From contig JAVYPJ010000001.1 of NCBI GenBank assembly GCA_038733315.1, positions 318,832 through 382,831 on the forward strand: a stretch of 64,000 bases of DNA, given 5' to 3'. Every line of letters starts with the position of its first letter. Position 1 is the first letter of the stretch. The stretch comes from Candidatus Aenigmatarchaeota archaeon. Its GTDB lineage: Archaea; Aenigmatarchaeota; Aenigmatarchaeia; CG10238-14; SpSt-28. Shown here piece by piece: positions 28,932 to 38,083 of this stretch. The translations under genes and the position numbers were made by a program. The notes beneath the pieces were generated by a model. The model was not told the DNA's origin, ran no database searches, and was given only the letters and a program-made list of their open reading frames with translations.

Positions 28932-29080
28932 GCCGGGGTCGCCTAGCTGGCTATGGCGGCGGACTTGAGTGACAGATTGGCGTGAAACTGATTAGAAAAT
29001 GAAAAATGATGTGGGTGTCGAAATGAGAAAGAAATCCGCTGGGCTTTACGCCCGCGTGGGTTCAAATCCCACCCCCGGCG
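28932..29080 (+). tRNA. tRNA-Ser (anticodon TGA) with 64-nt intron (28970..29033)
   Basis: Type II tRNA. Anticodon stem GCGGA/UCCGC is split by an intron after position 37. Long variable arm UGGGCUUUACGCCCGC. Discriminator G73. Exons near-identical to the second Ser gene. Confidence 0.75.
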
Positions 29081-29606
29081 ATATATTTTGATTTAACTTA
29101 TATTTATTTTTGCAATATTCAAAAAATTCTTCAACTATTTTTTTAGTTATTTCTATGAAAATATTTTTTTCGAGCGCTGGTAATTCTAATACTATAGTAT
29201 TTTTGCAAAGAACATCATCTATTATGCAAACATAATAATTGTTAATTCTTTCAGCAATTTTCCTTCCATTTTCATCTATTAAGAATTGTTCTGTTGAAGC
29301 TTTTAGATTATAATTTTTTAATATATCTTCTATTTTCTTAGAAATAGAGATTAAATCTTCTTTTTTGGGATAAATTATTATCGAATATTCTTTATATTCT
29401 TTTTTCTTATCCAATACATTTTCATGAATTTCTAAAATTAAGGGATTTTCTTCATATAAATCTTTTATATATTTTATAAACTCGTTTCTTTTTTCAAAAT
29501 TTTTAAACTCTATTTCTTTATTTTTGAATTCATCAGAAATAATACTAAATGCCTCTTTTGGTAATTTTTCTCCTTTATGCTCAAAACAAACAACTATAAG
29601 CTTCAT
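29046..29606 (-). CDS. Hypothetical protein (3' end runs antisense into tRNA-Ser)
   Basis: 186-aa ORF. The last 12 codons (ISPGVGFEPTRA) are antisense to the tRNA-Ser T-arm. No earlier stop codon. Confidence 0.3.
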   Translation of the reverse strand: MKLIVVCFEHKGEKLPKEAFSIISDEFKNKEIEFKNFEKRNEFIKYIKDLYEENPLILEIHENVLDKKKEYKEYSIIIYPKKEDLISISKKIEDILKNYNLKASTEQFLIDENGRKIAERINNYYVCIIDDVLCKNTIVLELPALEKNIFIEITKKIVEEFFEYCKNKYKLNQNISPGVGFEPTRA

Positions 29607-29636
29607 TAATTAAAAAGGTGTTAATTAATTTAGTTT

Positions 29637-29707
29637 TGGGCCCGCTGGGAATTGAACCCAGCTCTCCGCCGCGTGAGGGCGGTGTCCTACCGCTAGACTA
29701 CGGGCCC
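29637..29707 (-). tRNA. tRNA-Val (anticodon CAC)
   Basis: Reverse complement: GGGCCCG acceptor, anticodon stem CCGCC/GGCGG with loop CUCACGC. Confidence 0.8.
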
Positions 29708-29712
29708 AAAGA

Positions 29713-30123
29713 TTATTTACCAAATTTCCAGTGTTTAGAAACTCTAATAATTATTCTATCTTCGAAAAAATCGAAAATTAAGTGAATAAGGAATGCTAAA
29801 AGGAACAATGATATTAGTGTATTGTAAAACATCAACAAAGGCACTGTAATTAATAGAATTGCGATTGTTGGAATATTGTGAAATAATAGAAAACCTCTTC
29901 TATACCTATCACTTTTAATATTAAACCTTAGAAAATCCTTTATCGAAGTAAATCTAATATATTTTAAATATATGAAGTGATCTATATCTGGTATAAACGC
30001 ACCAGCAAATATTACAACAATTCTCTCTATTATAGAAATGTCTTCTACATATATTAAAGATAGTACAATAAGAATTACTGGAATTAAAAAGTGTAGTATT
30101 GAATGTAATACCCAACTCTCCAT
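29713..30123 (-). CDS. Membrane-bound metal-dependent hydrolase (YdjM/DUF457-like)
   Basis: 136 aa and 3-4 TM helices with His/Asp-rich loops (HSILHF, PDIDHF, HNIP). Confidence 0.45.
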   Translation of the reverse strand: MESWVLHSILHFLIPVILIVLSLIYVEDISIIERIVVIFAGAFIPDIDHFIYLKYIRFTSIKDFLRFNIKSDRYRRGFLLFHNIPTIAILLITVPLLMFYNTLISLFLLAFLIHLIFDFFEDRIIIRVSKHWKFGK

Positions 30124-30126
30124 AAG

Positions 30127-30672
30127 TTAAAATGAGAGACTTAGAACTATAAATATTAAAGATATAATTAAAAAAATCGGTATTAGTTGTGGCCTGTAGA
30201 AAAATAGTGCTGAGCTAAACGAGTTTGGATAAGGGGTTAAAAGGGAAATTGTTAAAATAGAAGGTATAAAAGTTAATATGAAGTTTTTGAAAATAATTCC
30301 TAAGGAAGAAATTATTAAAAGTACGAGTAAAAAAATAAAAGAGACTTCTCCAATTTCCTTAGAAGTCATTCTATATTCAAAAATTTTTCTTGCTCTAGTA
30401 TAATAATAAAAATCTCCAAGAGATAGTAGCGGAAAAAAAGGGATTTTGAAAATTACAAGAAAAAGAGATAGAAGCATTCCAATCAAAAAAATTCTATATG
30501 TTGGTTTTATATAGATTTTTTCTGAATAAAGATAAGAGGCGAAAAAGGCTAAAAAAAGGATTGATAAGGAAGCTATGCATGAGAGAAAGATGTTTATAGA
30601 AAAAATGTAGGATATAGAAATTCCACAAAAAATTGCTGTTAAAAAAATGTTTAGAAAATTATTGATAAACAT
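30127..30672 (-). CDS. Polytopic membrane protein
   Basis: About six TM helices. No recognisable motif. Confidence 0.3.
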   Translation of the reverse strand: MFINNFLNIFLTAIFCGISISYIFSINIFLSCIASLSILFLAFFASYLYSEKIYIKPTYRIFLIGMLLSLFLVIFKIPFFPLLSLGDFYYYTRARKIFEYRMTSKEIGEVSFIFLLVLLIISSLGIIFKNFILTFIPSILTISLLTPYPNSFSSALFFYRPQLIPIFLIISLIFIVLSLSF

Positions 30673-31451
30673 TAACTTTTGAAAAAGTATTTTAGTGCAT
30701 CTTCTATTTTAGACACTTCTATAACATTCATTCCAAGTTCCTCTGATAGATTTACTTCCTTAGTTTCATACGTTATTGTACAAAACTCAAAATTTCCTAT
30801 TTTTGTGCAACTTCTTTTTGGTATTAATTCTATTTCTTTTGATTGTCCATTTGGAACTAAACATATTTTAGCACCATTGTTTTTGGCAGCTAAGCATTTT
30901 TCTTTTACAGCACCAACTTTACCTATGTTTCCATTTTCATCTATGGTACCAGTTATGACAACTTCTCTATTAATTTCTTTTTGTGATAAGGCTGCTATAG
31001 TAGCTATTGTTATCGCAGACCCAGCAGAAGGACCACCAACAATAGATGCATTTGCTTCAATAGTATATATGATATCTAAATTGGATGTGTTTATTTTTGT
31101 TATTTTTTCAGCAATTTCTTTTGCTACTCTTATAGAATTTTGTGTGTCAACCCAAAAGAATAAATTTTCTATGTTTACTAATACTTTTCCAGTACCGTTT
31201 TTAACTTCAACAATTAGCTTAGTTATAGCTCCATAACCATTTTCGTCTATTGCAAGCAATGGAAATTCTACTCTTGAAAAATTACTTTGAAATGTTGTTG
31301 TGAATTTCGTTTCTAAATAATTTTCTTTAATAGCGTTTTTAGTTTGTAAATTTTTTATATTTGTGAATATAGATGTTATTGCTATAAGTATAACAATTAT
31401 AGATAATACAATTACAATATTTTCATTCTTTTCCTTTTTCCTTCTCTTCAT
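30672..31451 (-). CDS. Lon-like S16 peptidase domain protein, membrane-anchored, no AAA+ module
   Basis: N-terminal TM. PSAGSAITIATIAAL (catalytic Ser) and the ITGTIDENGNIGKVGAVKEK (catalytic Lys) motif. Confidence 0.7.
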   Translation of the reverse strand: MKRRKKEKNENIVIVLSIIVILIAITSIFTNIKNLQTKNAIKENYLETKFTTTFQSNFSRVEFPLLAIDENGYGAITKLIVEVKNGTGKVLVNIENLFFWVDTQNSIRVAKEIAEKITKINTSNLDIIYTIEANASIVGGPSAGSAITIATIAALSQKEINREVVITGTIDENGNIGKVGAVKEKCLAAKNNGAKICLVPNGQSKEIELIPKRSCTKIGNFEFCTITYETKEVNLSEELGMNVIEVSKIEDALKYFFKS

Positions 31452-31489
31452 ATATTAATACTTCAACTTATAAATTAAAAAAATAATTT

Positions 31490-31772
31490 GGTGGGGGCGC
31501 GCTTAGAGTCGATAGGTTAACCCATTGTAGTTAACCCAGCTTTCAACTCTTAACTATACCTACGAACGTGGCTACCATAGTTTATGGCTGCTCCCTTTCG
31601 GGCCTCACCAGGTTCACTATGATAGCCACCCCGTAGGCATAGTTATTTCATTGTTTACGGCTGGACTACAATGAGCTAACCTACCTTCCCTAAGCTACGG
31701 CGGCCATTATGGACCGTTTGCCCTGGCAGTGCGCCAGAGGGGAGGCCCAGCCCCCCGCCGGAGGCCCCCACC
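31490..31772 (-). ncRNA. ffs: Signal recognition particle RNA (7S/SRP RNA)
   Basis: A 283-nt GC-rich island in an AT-rich genome. The minus-strand RNA has paired termini (GGUGGGGGC...GCCCCCACC). Its helix-8 element reads CCUGGUGAGGCCCGAAAGGGAGCAGCC (compare the bacterial/archaeal consensus AGG-CCGGAAGG-AGCAGCC), flanked by complementary arms GUGGCUAUCAUAG/CUAUGGUAGCCAC. Confidence 0.85.
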
Positions 31773-31864
31773 TAAAAATATTATTGTTTTTACTTCATAA
31801 AAACGCGAATCTAAATTTCGAAAAGTATTTATATATTTAAAATTAATACTATAAGTAATATAAT

Positions 31865-32008
31865 ATGAACTACTGGATATATCAGGAAGAGGAAGAAGAG
31901 GAAGAGGAGGAAGAAGAGGAAGAAGAAGACTTTGATGAGGAAGACTTTGATGAAGAGATAGGAGAAATAGAAGAAGAAGAGGATTGGGAAGAAGAAGAGG
32001 AAAAATAA
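31865..32008 (+). CDS. Possible 47-aa poly-Glu acidic peptide
   Basis: ATG followed by a GAA/GAG run encoding MNYWIYQ-E14-DFDEEDFDEEIGEIEEEEDWEEEEEK. Could be a real small protein or a purine-rich repeat. Confidence 0.25.
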   Translation: MNYWIYQEEEEEEEEEEEEEEDFDEEDFDEEIGEIEEEEDWEEEEEK

Positions 32009-32016
32009 TAAAGATA

Positions 32017-32844
32017 TCAAAAAACCCTAAAATCTATCCTTACTTTATATATTTTTGGTGCGTAGGGCAAAACTTTTATTTTTTCTAATATTTCAAAATT
32101 TAACTTAAATTTTTTGCAAGCCTCTTCAACATCTTTTATAGCTTTTTCAAAGGGATTTTCTTCTTTGCCCCAGTTATAATAATGAATAATAGTATTTTCT
32201 TTTGCAAACTCTAAAGCTTTTAAAAGAAAATTCTCTGATGAAATAGGTAAAGTAACAATAATTCTATCAAATTTTGATTTAAGTTTTAAATTTTTTACAT
32301 CGCAAATTATGTTAACAATTTCATTTTTTATTTTATTTAATTTTTTGCTTTCTTCAGAGTATTTTATAGCATATTTATTAATTTCAACACAAAAAATCTT
32401 AACATTTTTAACTTTTTTAACTATTGCAAACGCGAGCGGAGAAATTCCACTAAATAAATATAAAATTTTTTCTCCATCTTTTATTTTTGATGCTATTCTT
32501 TGTCTTTCTGTTGCTTCTCTTGGAGAAAAATAAACTTTTTGTGGGTCTACTTTCAAAAAATATCCATATTCTTTATGAATTACTTCTGTATTTTTATCTC
32601 CTACTATCTCAAATTCATATAATCTTAATTTGCCTTTTCTGCCCGATTTTTTAAATAAAACAGATTTAACATTTTTATTAAATTTTTTGATGGCCTCTGC
32701 TATTTCATTTTTATATTTATCCATACTCTCATCCCAATCTATAATAGCTACAGCTTTATCTCTATTTCCAACTATATCAAAGCTTCCTGGAATTTTTTTT
32801 AAAGTTTCTTCAGGAATAATGTTTTTTAAGAGAGTTTTTAACAT
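32017..32844 (-). CDS. Trm5/TYW2-family tRNA methyltransferase (class I SAM MTase)
   Basis: Met-10+ like architecture, about 275 aa. SAM-binding motif around FCVEINKYA. Confidence 0.6.
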   Translation of the reverse strand: MLKTLLKNIIPEETLKKIPGSFDIVGNRDKAVAIIDWDESMDKYKNEIAEAIKKFNKNVKSVLFKKSGRKGKLRLYEFEIVGDKNTEVIHKEYGYFLKVDPQKVYFSPREATERQRIASKIKDGEKILYLFSGISPLAFAIVKKVKNVKIFCVEINKYAIKYSEESKKLNKIKNEIVNIICDVKNLKLKSKFDRIIVTLPISSENFLLKALEFAKENTIIHYYNWGKEENPFEKAIKDVEEACKKFKLNFEILEKIKVLPYAPKIYKVRIDFRVF

Positions 32845-32850
32845 AAATTT

Positions 32851-33498
32851 ATGATAGTTGCACTAAACTTTAAGGCATTCAGAGAAACTATCGGAAACAA
32901 TTCTTTAAAGATTATTAAAAAAATAGATAAAAAATTTAAAAAGATAAAATTGATAGCTATAGTTAATCCAGCTGATATTTCTTTGGTTTCGAAGGTAAAA
33001 AGAAAAAATATAAAACTATACACTTCTTTAAATAAATACTGTGAAACTTATGGATCTTATACTGGTGGAATTCCGTTAGAGTTTTTAAAGGAAAAGAATT
33101 TTGACGGAATTCTTTTGAACCATTTCGAAAATAGAATAGTTTTTAGCGAGTTAAAAAAATTTATCGACTTTTCTAAAAAAATAGGTTTAGAAACTATGGT
33201 CTGTGCGAAGGATTTGAGTGAAGCTAAAAAAATAGATAAGATAAATCCAAAATATTTATCTTACGAGGCACCAGAATTAATAGGAACAGGGAAAGCAATA
33301 TCAAAATATAAGGCAGAGAGTTTAAAAAAGTTTATTGAAATAACAAAATCGATTCCAATCTGTGGCGCTGGAATTTCTGAAGCTATAGATGTTAAGATTG
33401 CAAAAGATTTAGGAGCAGAAGGAGTTTTAATTGCTAGCGCTTTCGCCAAGGCTAAAAATAAAATAAAGTTTTTAAAAGAGATTGATAGAATTTTATGA
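32851..33498 (+). CDS. tpiA: Triosephosphate isomerase (archaeal short form)
   Basis: About 215 aa. GILLNHFENR and C-terminal GAGISEAIDV..GAEGVLIASAF phosphate-binding motifs. Confidence 0.75.
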   Translation: MIVALNFKAFRETIGNNSLKIIKKIDKKFKKIKLIAIVNPADISLVSKVKRKNIKLYTSLNKYCETYGSYTGGIPLEFLKEKNFDGILLNHFENRIVFSELKKFIDFSKKIGLETMVCAKDLSEAKKIDKINPKYLSYEAPELIGTGKAISKYKAESLKKFIEITKSIPICGAGISEAIDVKIAKDLGAEGVLIASAFAKAKNKIKFLKEIDRIL

Positions 33499-34433
33499 AA
33501 GTATTAGTTGTTGGGAGTGCGTTAATAGATATTGTTTGTAAAATAGAGGATAAAATTGATTTAAAATCAAAAAAACTAATTTTTAATTTAGGTAGTAAGT
33601 ATAACTTAAGTTTGATTGAATTTTCCGCTGGCGGCTCTGCTCTAAATGTTGCTTGTAATTTATCTATTTTAGGAGAAAAAACTTTTTTAGTTTCTAGAGT
33701 TGGTAGGGATTTATATGGCAATTATATTCTTGAGACGTTAAAAAAATATGGAGTAACTTCTTTATTGAAAATAGATAAAAAAAATTCTACTGGCTTTTCT
33801 GTAATTTTAATAAAGGATGGAGAAAAAGTTGTGTTTAGTAGTAAGGGGGCTTCTGAAGAGTTAAGCGAAAAGGATATTAAAGAGGAAAATATTAAAAATA
33901 GCGATGTTATTATTGCAACTAGCTGTGGAAAAAAGTCCAGAAAAATTTATAAAAATCTTTTTAACCTTTCTAAAAAATACAATAAATTTTTTGTTTTTAA
34001 TCCTAGCATTTCTATTATAAGAAAGGAAAAGAAGTTGTTAAAAATTTTTAAAGATGCCGAGCTAATAATTTTGAATAAGGAAGAGGCGCTAGAAATAACT
34101 AATAAAAAAAGTTTAATAGAATCTGCTAAGAAAATGTTAAGACATTTTAAAAGGGTTATAATTACTTTGGGTAATGATGGATGTATTTATTTTGATGAGA
34201 GAACAAAAATATATAAAAAAGCTTATAAGGTTAAAGTGGTTAGTACCATAGGTGCTGGGGATAGTTTTACTGCAGGGTTTGTCCATTATTTTTTTAAAAC
34301 AAGAAATATAGAAGATTCCTTAGATTTTGCTAGTGCGTACGCTGCTATAAACGTTTCTAACTTTGGAAGTATTGTTAATGCTAAGGAATCTCAAGTTCTA
34401 GATTTTATGAGAAAATACAAAACTAAAAGGTAA
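33495..34433 (+). CDS. PfkB-family carbohydrate/nucleoside kinase
   Basis: N-terminal VLVVGSALIDI. C-terminal GAGDSFTAGF ribokinase-family motif. Overlaps the tpiA stop. Confidence 0.7.
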   Translation: MKVLVVGSALIDIVCKIEDKIDLKSKKLIFNLGSKYNLSLIEFSAGGSALNVACNLSILGEKTFLVSRVGRDLYGNYILETLKKYGVTSLLKIDKKNSTGFSVILIKDGEKVVFSSKGASEELSEKDIKEENIKNSDVIIATSCGKKSRKIYKNLFNLSKKYNKFFVFNPSISIIRKEKKLLKIFKDAELIILNKEEALEITNKKSLIESAKKMLRHFKRVIITLGNDGCIYFDERTKIYKKAYKVKVVSTIGAGDSFTAGFVHYFFKTRNIEDSLDFASAYAAINVSNFGSIVNAKESQVLDFMRKYKTKR

Positions 34434-34692
34434 AATAGTTTTTGAACTTTTCGTTAATTTTAATTAAGCCTAAATGAAGGCATGCATCTAAATAAGCCCA
34501 AGAAATTACTATGGCTTCGAAGGAATTTATATAATCACTCTTTTCATAGAAATATTTAGAATCTTCATAATACTTTTTTGCCATTTCTATTATTTTATTT
34601 TCTTTAATTATTTCTAAATTTTTTAGAACTTCATCAATTATTTTAATATTCTTTTCAGAAAGTTTTTTTAGCTTTTCTTCTATTTTTTCCAT
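34423..34692 (-). CDS. Hypothetical small protein
   Basis: 89-aa helical ORF immediately downstream of tatD. Confidence 0.25.
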   Translation of the reverse strand: MEKIEEKLKKLSEKNIKIIDEVLKNLEIIKENKIIEMAKKYYEDSKYFYEKSDYINSFEAIVISWAYLDACLHLGLIKINEKFKNYFTF

Positions 34693-34694
34693 TT

Positions 34695-35462
34695 TTATAT
34701 TTTTAAATCGAAAAAGTTTATAGCATTATTATCTAAGATTTCTTCTACAGTCTCTTTGCTTATTTTCTTTAGTTTTGCTATTTCCTCTATGCAGATCTTT
34801 ACATTTATCGGTTCGTTAATTTCCTTTCCTATTCCGCACCACGGAGAATCTGTTTCTGCAACTAAGTATTCTAGCGGTATTTCTTTTGCAACGTTTTGAA
34901 TTGCTGGGTTTTTGTAAATTTGATTGTTAATGCTTATTAAATAACCCTCTTTAATTATTTCTTTTGCGAGTTTAATTTTTCCATCGAAAAAGTGAAATAA
35001 AGCTTTTTTAATATCTTCGTTAATAACAATTTTTAAAACTTCTTCTATAGCAAGCCTTGCGTGTAAGACTACAGGTTTCTTTAAATCTTTTGCCACTTCT
35101 AAAAATCTTTTAAATGTTTCTTTTGTTTTTTCTATTTTATTTTTTTCTTTTATCCAATAAAAATCTAGTCCAATTTCTCCTATTGCAACTATTTTATCTT
35201 TATTTTGATGAATAAACTCTAAATATTCGTCTATTTCTTTTTCTGTAAGGTTAATTGCTTCTATTGGATGTAAGCCTAGAGAGCTAAATATAAAGTTTTT
35301 ATATTTTTCCGATAATTCAATTGAAGTTTTCGAATCTTCAAAATTCGATGTCGAATCTATTATCGCTTTCATAGAATTTTTATACTCTTCTATTTTGCTT
35401 ATGAGTGGATTTTCTTTTCCGTTAAATTTTTTTATGCTTAAATGACAATGAACATCAATCAT
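34695..35462 (-). CDS. tatD: TatD-family metal-dependent hydrolase
   Basis: MIDVHCHLS start and the TIM-barrel His/Asp/Glu pattern. 255 aa. Confidence 0.8.
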   Translation of the reverse strand: MIDVHCHLSIKKFNGKENPLISKIEEYKNSMKAIIDSTSNFEDSKTSIELSEKYKNFIFSSLGLHPIEAINLTEKEIDEYLEFIHQNKDKIVAIGEIGLDFYWIKEKNKIEKTKETFKRFLEVAKDLKKPVVLHARLAIEEVLKIVINEDIKKALFHFFDGKIKLAKEIIKEGYLISINNQIYKNPAIQNVAKEIPLEYLVAETDSPWCGIGKEINEPINVKICIEEIAKLKKISKETVEEILDNNAINFFDLKI

Positions 35463-35501
35463 AAAAATTATCTTTTTAGCTTAACATAATTTTATGACAA
35501 T

Positions 35502-35601
35502 GCCGGGGTGGCGGAGTGGCTTCACGCGGCGGGCTGCAGGGTTTTGCGATTTATGAGCGATGGAAACCCGCAGATCCCGGGTTCAAATCCCGGCCCCGGC
35601 T
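35502..35601 (+). tRNA. tRNA-Cys (anticodon GCA) with 26-nt intron (35540..35565)
   Basis: Acceptor GCCGGGG/CCCCGGC. Discriminator U73. Anticodon stem GCGGG/CCCGC interrupted after position 37. Confidence 0.75.
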
Positions 35602-35802
35602 AGTTAATTTCTACTAAACCCATATGTGGAGTGTATAAGAAAGTTAAAAAGAAAAAAGTAGAAAAAAAGTTTTTTAGAATGGGCTTAGTAGGGATTAAAA
35701 TAGTTGCTGTTTAATCTCTTAAAGTCTATATTGAAAGATTATTGACTCTCTATTATAGATTTGTTTGTAGTTTCTATAAATTTGTTCAAATGATTAAATT
35801 TT

Positions 35803-36003
35803 ATGAAGAAGATACGTAGCAATGAAGATATAAGAGAAATAGGAATAGCATTAATAACGGCAGTTATGGTTGTAGCTATAATAGGAATAATGTTTACTAG
35901 GGATTATCTCAAAGTAGGAATATGTATTTTGGGTCTAATAGTAGTGGCATATATAGTTTATAAAATGGTATCTAAAATCTATAGTAGAATCCGCTCAACT
36001 TAG
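35803..36003 (+). CDS. Small 2-TM membrane protein
   Basis: 66-aa hydrophobic ORF. Confidence 0.25.
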   Translation: MKKIRSNEDIREIGIALITAVMVVAIIGIMFTRDYLKVGICILGLIVVAYIVYKMVSKIYSRIRST

Positions 36004-36034
36004 ATTTTTATGCTGTTTATATAATAATATTTTT

Positions 36035-36724
36035 ATGATAGAGAGGATTCCAACGGGAATTCCAGGATTAGATGAATTAATCGAAGGGGGAATTCCTAAG
36101 GGATTTCAAATTTTGGTTGCTGGAGAAGCTGGTGCGGGAAAAACAATTTTTTCTTGTCAGTTTGCTTATAATAAAGCAAAGGAAGGGTTAAAAACATATT
36201 ATATGACTATAGAAGAGAGTGAAAAGAGTATAATAAAAGGTATGTCAAGATTCACATGGGGTAAAGAGTTCGAGGATTTTGTTAAATCCGAACATATTAT
36301 AATCGAAAGAACTATTCCACTAAGTATAGAGGATATAACAAGAAAAGTCTTAAGCGCGTATGATAAATACAAGTTTAAAATATTTATTTTAGATACTTTA
36401 ACAGCTGCGGCAATGGGTTGGAAGGAATTACAAGATTTACCCAAGCTAAGAAGAAACATTTTTAGTTTGATAGATATATTAAGGCAGTATGAAATAACAT
36501 CATTAATGTTAAGTGAAATAGAAGAGGGAAGGCTTTATAAATATGGGTTTGAAGGCTATCTAATGGACGGTGTAATAGTTCTAAGATATCTAGAATTTAT
36601 AAGTACTGGAATACCCAGAGCGCTGCAAATTCTAAAAATGAGAGGTACAAAACATATAGAACAGGTTTGTCCAATCGAAATAGATAATAGTGGCATAAAA
36701 ATAACAAAACCCGGCTTGGTTTAA
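36035..36724 (+). CDS. KaiC/RadA-like RecA-superfamily ATPase
   Basis: IPTGIPGLDELIEGGIPKGFQILVAGEAGAGKT Walker A in a KaiC-domain context. 229 aa. Confidence 0.75.
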   Translation: MIERIPTGIPGLDELIEGGIPKGFQILVAGEAGAGKTIFSCQFAYNKAKEGLKTYYMTIEESEKSIIKGMSRFTWGKEFEDFVKSEHIIIERTIPLSIEDITRKVLSAYDKYKFKIFILDTLTAAAMGWKELQDLPKLRRNIFSLIDILRQYEITSLMLSEIEEGRLYKYGFEGYLMDGVIVLRYLEFISTGIPRALQILKMRGTKHIEQVCPIEIDNSGIKITKPGLV

Positions 36725-36779
36725 ATACAGATTTAAATCAACTCGATTTTAAAATATTTAATATTTTTATTATAATTTA

Positions 36780-37373
36780 ATGAGTGAGAAAGAAAAAAAT
36801 TTTTTATCCTCCTTTTTTTGCGAAAGCGATTCTCAGGAGATTAGAAATTTGTGCAAGAGTATAGTTCTTTCTAAAAGAGATAAGGAACCAATAGAAGCTA
36901 TTTTTTTATGGGTTAGGGATAATATAGAGTACACTATAGAGCCGAAGTTTGTTAGCGCTAAAGGTTATATAAGAAAAAAAACTAAAAAAGGTAATTGCTT
37001 TAATAAAAATAATCTTTTTATTGCATTATGCAGAAGTATCGGTATCCCTGCGAGATATGCTATAACTAAGTTAATTTTTACTATAAAAGACATCAATAAA
37101 AAATTTGTCATTCCGCATATGGTTGCTGAAATATTTTATAACAATCGTTGGGAGATTTATGATACGAGTTTTGGTAAGAAATCGTCTGAATTTAGAACCA
37201 GATATATTAGTGTTTTTAGGGGTTTGAATGCTAGAGTACTTCTAAGATTCTGGAAAGTGAATATTTTTATACTAATTTTCATGTTTTTATTTTCTAAAAT
37301 TTCTCCAAATATTAGAAGACTAAAACGTTATTTAAAAATAGTTCCTGAAGTTAATATTACACTATCCGAATAA
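36780..37373 (+). CDS. Transglutaminase-like cysteine protease-fold protein
   Basis: KGNCFNKNNLFIALCRSIGIPARYA matches the TGase-like core catalytic Cys motif. Confidence 0.6.
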   Translation: MSEKEKNFLSSFFCESDSQEIRNLCKSIVLSKRDKEPIEAIFLWVRDNIEYTIEPKFVSAKGYIRKKTKKGNCFNKNNLFIALCRSIGIPARYAITKLIFTIKDINKKFVIPHMVAEIFYNNRWEIYDTSFGKKSSEFRTRYISVFRGLNARVLLRFWKVNIFILIFMFLFSKISPNIRRLKRYLKIVPEVNITLSE

Positions 37374-38083
37374 TAGGTAGATTTACTATTTATGTTCGAA
37401 AAACCATACTTTTTTAGTAAATTTTCCACTTCTTCCCTAGTGTGTAGGTGGGTATTTAATCCTATCTTCATCGGTATATTTAGAAATAAAATAGAGGCAA
37501 AAATTATAGAATATTTAAATTTTTCTCTTATTGTTTTTAAGTTTTCTATCAATTCCTTATGCATTTTTGAAATAAGATCCTTATCTAATTTTATTTCTCC
37601 ATCTGGATAAACAAGGGCTATTTTTCCAGAATTTTTAAGAACCCTTCTACTTTCTCTTATGAAGTTCTCTAGAGTTTGATCATCTAGATACATAATAAAA
37701 TTTATTGCTGAAATGCCATCGAACATGTTATCGTGATATGGTAGTTTTTCTCTGAAATAATATTTTATAACGTCTACTCTGTCTATACAATTATTCTTTT
37801 CTGCTTTTTTTCTTACCAATTCTAACCCTTTTTCTGATAAATCGAAACCGTAAAATTTAATATTATTCCTATTTTGACCAAGAGCGTAAATAATAAAATT
37901 CCCGCTTCCGCAACCGGCATCTAGAAAGTTTCCTGATGTAAATTTTTCAATTTTCAGAGCGTTATAAGTATCGCGTAGCATTTTTTCATATTCAGGGTGT
38001 TTAGACATAAAATCATAAAAAGGTAGATATATATTCCAAAACAGTTGTTTGGTTAAATCTTTTATAGAAAAAACCTGTGTCAT
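37328..38083 (-). CDS. Class I SAM-dependent methyltransferase
   Basis: LDAGCGSGNF motif I. Follows a UbiE/COQ5-like pattern. Confidence 0.7.
   Translation of the reverse strand: MTQVFSIKDLTKQLFWNIYLPFYDFMSKHPEYEKMLRDTYNALKIEKFTSGNFLDAGCGSGNFIIYALGQNRNNIKFYGFDLSEKGLELVRKKAEKNNCIDRVDVIKYYFREKLPYHDNMFDGISAINFIMYLDDQTLENFIRESRRVLKNSGKIALVYPDGEIKLDKDLISKMHKELIENLKTIREKFKYSIIFASILFLNIPMKIGLNTHLHTREEVENLLKKYGFSNINSKSTYYSDSVILTSGTIFK

Noticed and set aside
30679-31236. 185-aa plus-strand ORF antisense to the Lon-like S16 gene
   Set aside because: The minus-strand frame carries the Lon catalytic Ser/Lys motifs. The plus-strand ORF is a shadow.
31490-31772. GC-rich island initially considered an rRNA fragment or RNase P RNA
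   Set aside because: It has no RNase P conserved regions (no AGGAAAGUCC/ACAGAAA-type elements) and no rRNA-like length. The minus strand has a textbook SRP helix-8 motif and paired termini, so it is called SRP RNA instead.
31829-32020. 63-aa minus-strand ORF MISLLFFLFFF...
   Set aside because: It is the antisense reading of the GAA/GAG purine repeat, pure poly-Phe/Leu low complexity. If anything is coded here it is the plus-strand acidic peptide.
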